Origin: a virus
Lineage: Duplodnaviria > Caudoviricetes
Direction: 5' to 3' (one strand)
Virus record (IMG/VR): IMGVR_UViG_3300025673_000012
Coordinates: 1 to 28,143 of that record
Length of the DNA stretch: 28,143 nt
In this document: in pieces, positions 26,076-28,143 of the stretch
How positions within the stretch are numbered: position 1 is the first letter of the stretch
Layout of the letters: each line of letters starts with the position of its first letter
Notes under the pieces: generated by a model
Databases searched by the model: none
What the model was told of the DNA's origin: nothing
What the model saw: the letters and a program-made list of their open reading frames with translations, nothing else
Made by a program: the position numbers and the translations under genes

Positions 26076-26659
26076 GCGTCAACCAATTCTTTTTTGGCTT
26101 TAGCGTCTTTTTTTGCTTGTTCCTTAATTTCGATTCTTCTGTTGTGAAAAAGAGGGCGGTGAGCGGTTGCCACTTCATGTTTCACAGAATTGAATAATTC
26201 GCCTATTTCATCTTCTGTTTTGGCATCCATTATTTTGCCGATTAATTCTTGGTCATAAACTGGTGTTTTAGTTTTAACCGCATCATTACCGTCATCATCG
26301 ACACTTGGAACGCCAGCCAATGACTGCAAACCGTAACGTCTGCCATAGGTTATGGCTGAAGCATACCCCTGTACATCATTCTTAGTTGGCGGCAGAATGG
26401 TGTTAGATTCAATCCATTGACCGCTTGCATGGATAAGGCGCGTTTTGACTGAGATTTTGCCCTCATCAAATTCCGCACCTTGAACAAAACACAATCCATT
26501 GTTAGCAAACGGTTGGCTAACAGCGTTGCACACACTTAATAAATCCGAATATGTGCTTTTCCAGTGTGGGTTTTTGCTGTCCTTTTTAGCACCTTTCATT
26601 TCACCTTGCGCCTTACTTAATGCAACGGCTAACTTTTCAATATTTTCGCTAGTAATCAT
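26072..26659 (-). CDS. erf: ERF family single-strand annealing protein
   Basis: KDSKNPH..STY, LIHASGQWI and QGYASAITYGRRYGL...DDDG signature. Confidence 0.93.
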   Translation of the reverse strand: MITSENIEKLAVALSKAQGEMKGAKKDSKNPHWKSTYSDLLSVCNAVSQPFANNGLCFVQGAEFDEGKISVKTRLIHASGQWIESNTILPPTKNDVQGYASAITYGRRYGLQSLAGVPSVDDDGNDAVKTKTPVYDQELIGKIMDAKTEDEIGELFNSVKHEVATAHRPLFHNRRIEIKEQAKKDAKAKKELVDA

Positions 26660-26934
26660 GTCCGCACCTCTTTTCTTAGCTTTAAGAATTGGTTAGTTAA
26701 TTCCTTTTCTAGCTTTTTAACTGCGGCAATTTCCTCATCAAGCAATGTGCCAAATTCAGGACTGATTGGCGATAGTGCTGTTAAGTCATCATTTAATTGC
26801 TCAAGGCTATAAAGGGTAGTACTGGCATTCGCCAGCTTTTCCTCAACTTCTGCTAATTCTTCCGCTAACAATTCCGTTCTATTGGGAATCATGTACGCAC
26901 CAGCCACCGATAAAATATCCTCTGCATAACTCAT
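26656..26934 (-). CDS. Hypothetical coiled-coil protein
   Basis: Leu/Glu heptads; ATGA coupling on both sides. Confidence 0.7.
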   Translation of the reverse strand: MSYAEDILSVAGAYMIPNRTELLAEELAEVEEKLANASTTLYSLEQLNDDLTALSPISPEFGTLLDEEIAAVKKLEKELTNQFLKLRKEVRT

Positions 26935-27377
26935 GCTGATACCTTTTTAGGCTGTTGCTGTGGGGCTTTCCAATCATTGAATTGGCAACCGCCAAAATCA
27001 TCAACTGGATATAATCGTGTCTGCATCATGCGTGATTTAGTTATGACTGATTCATAACCGTCATACTCTTTGATATAAAACGGTTCATTTTCTGGCAACC
27101 ATTCAACAGTTAATTCATCAAACTTACGAACAATCTCATCTGTTTTGTATGATTCACCAATAATTTGATTTATAACGTCTAATCGCACACTAAATGATTC
27201 TCTGTCTCCAGTAAGAACAGCCTTGGCAAGACGATGGTCGCATCTCAATACAACCTGGTGGCGTTTCGGTGCTAATTCAGCATACCCACTGCCGTATCCA
27301 TTTGTTCGTATTATTGGCACAACACACTCATCTATCCGTGTCTCTTTGCGATAATCACCTTTGTTAAATTTACTCAT
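26931..27377 (-). CDS. Hypothetical protein (148 aa)
   Basis: Start ATG 27377 with GGAG SD, preferred over 27437; contains VEWLPE...FYIKEYDGYES. Confidence 0.75.
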   Translation of the reverse strand: MSKFNKGDYRKETRIDECVVPIIRTNGYGSGYAELAPKRHQVVLRCDHRLAKAVLTGDRESFSVRLDVINQIIGESYKTDEIVRKFDELTVEWLPENEPFYIKEYDGYESVITKSRMMQTRLYPVDDFGGCQFNDWKAPQQQPKKVSA

Positions 27378-27391
27378 GTTATTTGCTCCGT

Positions 27392-27529
27392 TTAGAGTGA
27401 AACAAGGGCTAAAACAGCCCATGCCGCACCTAGACAAAAGAGGAATGCAACACCAGTTAAAAGTGCTTCAAATAGCGTTTCTTCATTGCGAAGAATCTGT
27501 TTTGAGGTGCAGTTTTTATAATCGACCAT
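27392..27529 (-). CDS. Small C-terminally membrane-anchored protein (45 aa), first gene of the PL operon; not in ORF track
   Basis: GGAG SD; MVDYKNCTSKQILRNEETLFEALLTGVAFLFCLGAAWAVLALVSL*. Confidence 0.7.
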   Translation of the reverse strand: MVDYKNCTSKQILRNEETLFEALLTGVAFLFCLGAAWAVLALVSL

Positions 27530-27558
27530 GTTGCGCTCCGTTGTTTAGGTGTAGTTAT

Positions 27559-27608
27559 ATGATACGCAATGTATCCTAAGAATGCAACAAAAAGCTACAC
27601 AAAGTAGC
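27559..27608 (-). promoter_or_regulatory. PL-like promoter with two operators
   Basis: Minus strand TTGCAT (27587-27582), 17 nt, TATCAT (27564-27559). Operators GATACGCAATGTATC (27561-27575) and GCTACACAAAGTAGC (27594-27608). Confidence 0.85.
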
Positions 27609-27645
27609 ATTATTGGGGGGGGTAAGTAATTGCTTACAAAGTTTG

Positions 27646-27963
27646 TTATTTATTGAGAGATTTTATCAAGCCTTGAATCATTGCCTTGTCAGCACCGCTT
27701 AACAGCCGTATATCGCGCAGTAACTCAAGTTCTTGCGGCGTTGGTGCATCTGCGTTTGGCTCAGTTAGTTGTGTCACAGGAACGCCCAGAATGCGCGACA
27801 TAGCACAAATACTTTCGTACCTGGGGATGCGCTTACCTGTTAACCAATGCCCTAACGCGCCGCGCGTAATACCTAGCCTGTCAGCTAATTCTTGCTGGGT
27901 GATTTTCCGCTCACGCATGATGCGTTTGGTTTCAGTTATCCATTTGTCATTATTGCCAGTCAT
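27646..27963 (-). CDS. cI: CI-like XRE HTH repressor (105 aa), no S24 peptidase domain
   Basis: ITQQELADRLGITRGALGHWLTGKRIP HTH; lies between two operator pairs and is divergent from cro. ATG 27963 is preferred because the track start at 28029 lies inside PR. Confidence 0.88.
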   Translation of the reverse strand: MTGNNDKWITETKRIMRERKITQQELADRLGITRGALGHWLTGKRIPRYESICAMSRILGVPVTQLTEPNADAPTPQELELLRDIRLLSGADKAMIQGLIKSLNK

Positions 27964-27996
27964 CTGGAAAGTGTGGCAGATGACGTATTTCTTCTG

Positions 27997-28048
27997 GCTA
28001 CTTTTCGTAGCAAAACAAGTTGCTTTCATGGGATACTTTGCGTATCAT
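27997..28048 (+). promoter_or_regulatory. PR-like promoter with two operators
   Basis: TTGCTT (28020-28025), 17 nt, TATCAT (28043-28048). Operators GCTACTTTTCGTAGC (27997-28011) and GATACTTTGCGTATC (28032-28046). Confidence 0.85.
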
Positions 28049-28055
28049 ACATAGT

Positions 28056-28143
28056 ATGAATAAATTTAATGATTTTGTTAAGACTTGCGGCACTCAACAT
28101 GAAGCGGCTCGTCTTTTGGGGGTCAGCAGAGGGTTCATTTCGC
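28056..28143 (+). CDS. cro: Cro-like HTH protein (3'-truncated by window end); not in ORF track
   Basis: MNKFNDFVKTCGTQHEAARLLGVSRGFIS..., a classic GTQ..AA..LGVS HTH divergent from the repressor. Confidence 0.85.
   Translation, partial: MNKFNDFVKTCGTQHEAARLLGVSRGFIS

Noticed and set aside
27686-28054. 122-aa plus-strand ORF over the repressor
   Set aside because: Antisense shadow of cI that runs through the operators and PR; no motif.
1-28143. tRNA genes, introns/inteins or stop-codon recoding
   Set aside because: No cloverleaf seen in the few intergenic gaps, core genes have normal lengths, and genes tile tightly under the standard code using all three stops.

Overview
About 28 kb of a temperate, long non-contractile-tailed (siphovirus-type) phage, apparently in the excised (attP) form and read in the standard genetic code. 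The + strand (1-21787) is the late operon: ParB-MTase fusion, terminases, portal, a MuF-type minor head protein with a C-terminal HExxH metallopeptidase plus a small acidic partner, scaffold, capsid, connectors, tail tube, a -1 frameshifting chaperone, tape measure, tail tip, two fibre modules, and an unusual lysis region. That region holds several small membrane proteins, a class 3 lipase, a lipoprotein and a GH24 lysozyme, with no recognisable i-spanin. The - strand (21765-27963) has a self-contained 3-gene cassette with its own promoter and operator, a tyrosine integrase, an attP carrying a replacement 5' end of dusA, early genes (PD-(D/E)XK nuclease, Zn finger, SSB-like, YqaJ exonuclease, ERF) and a short repressor. 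The repressor is flanked by four 15-bp operators and faces a divergent, apparently leaderless cro. I found no GATC in the window by manual scan. The most notable candidate systems are the lipase-lipoprotein-lysozyme module and the MuF-peptidase/immunity pair. All calls come from motif recognition and synteny; no database searches were run.
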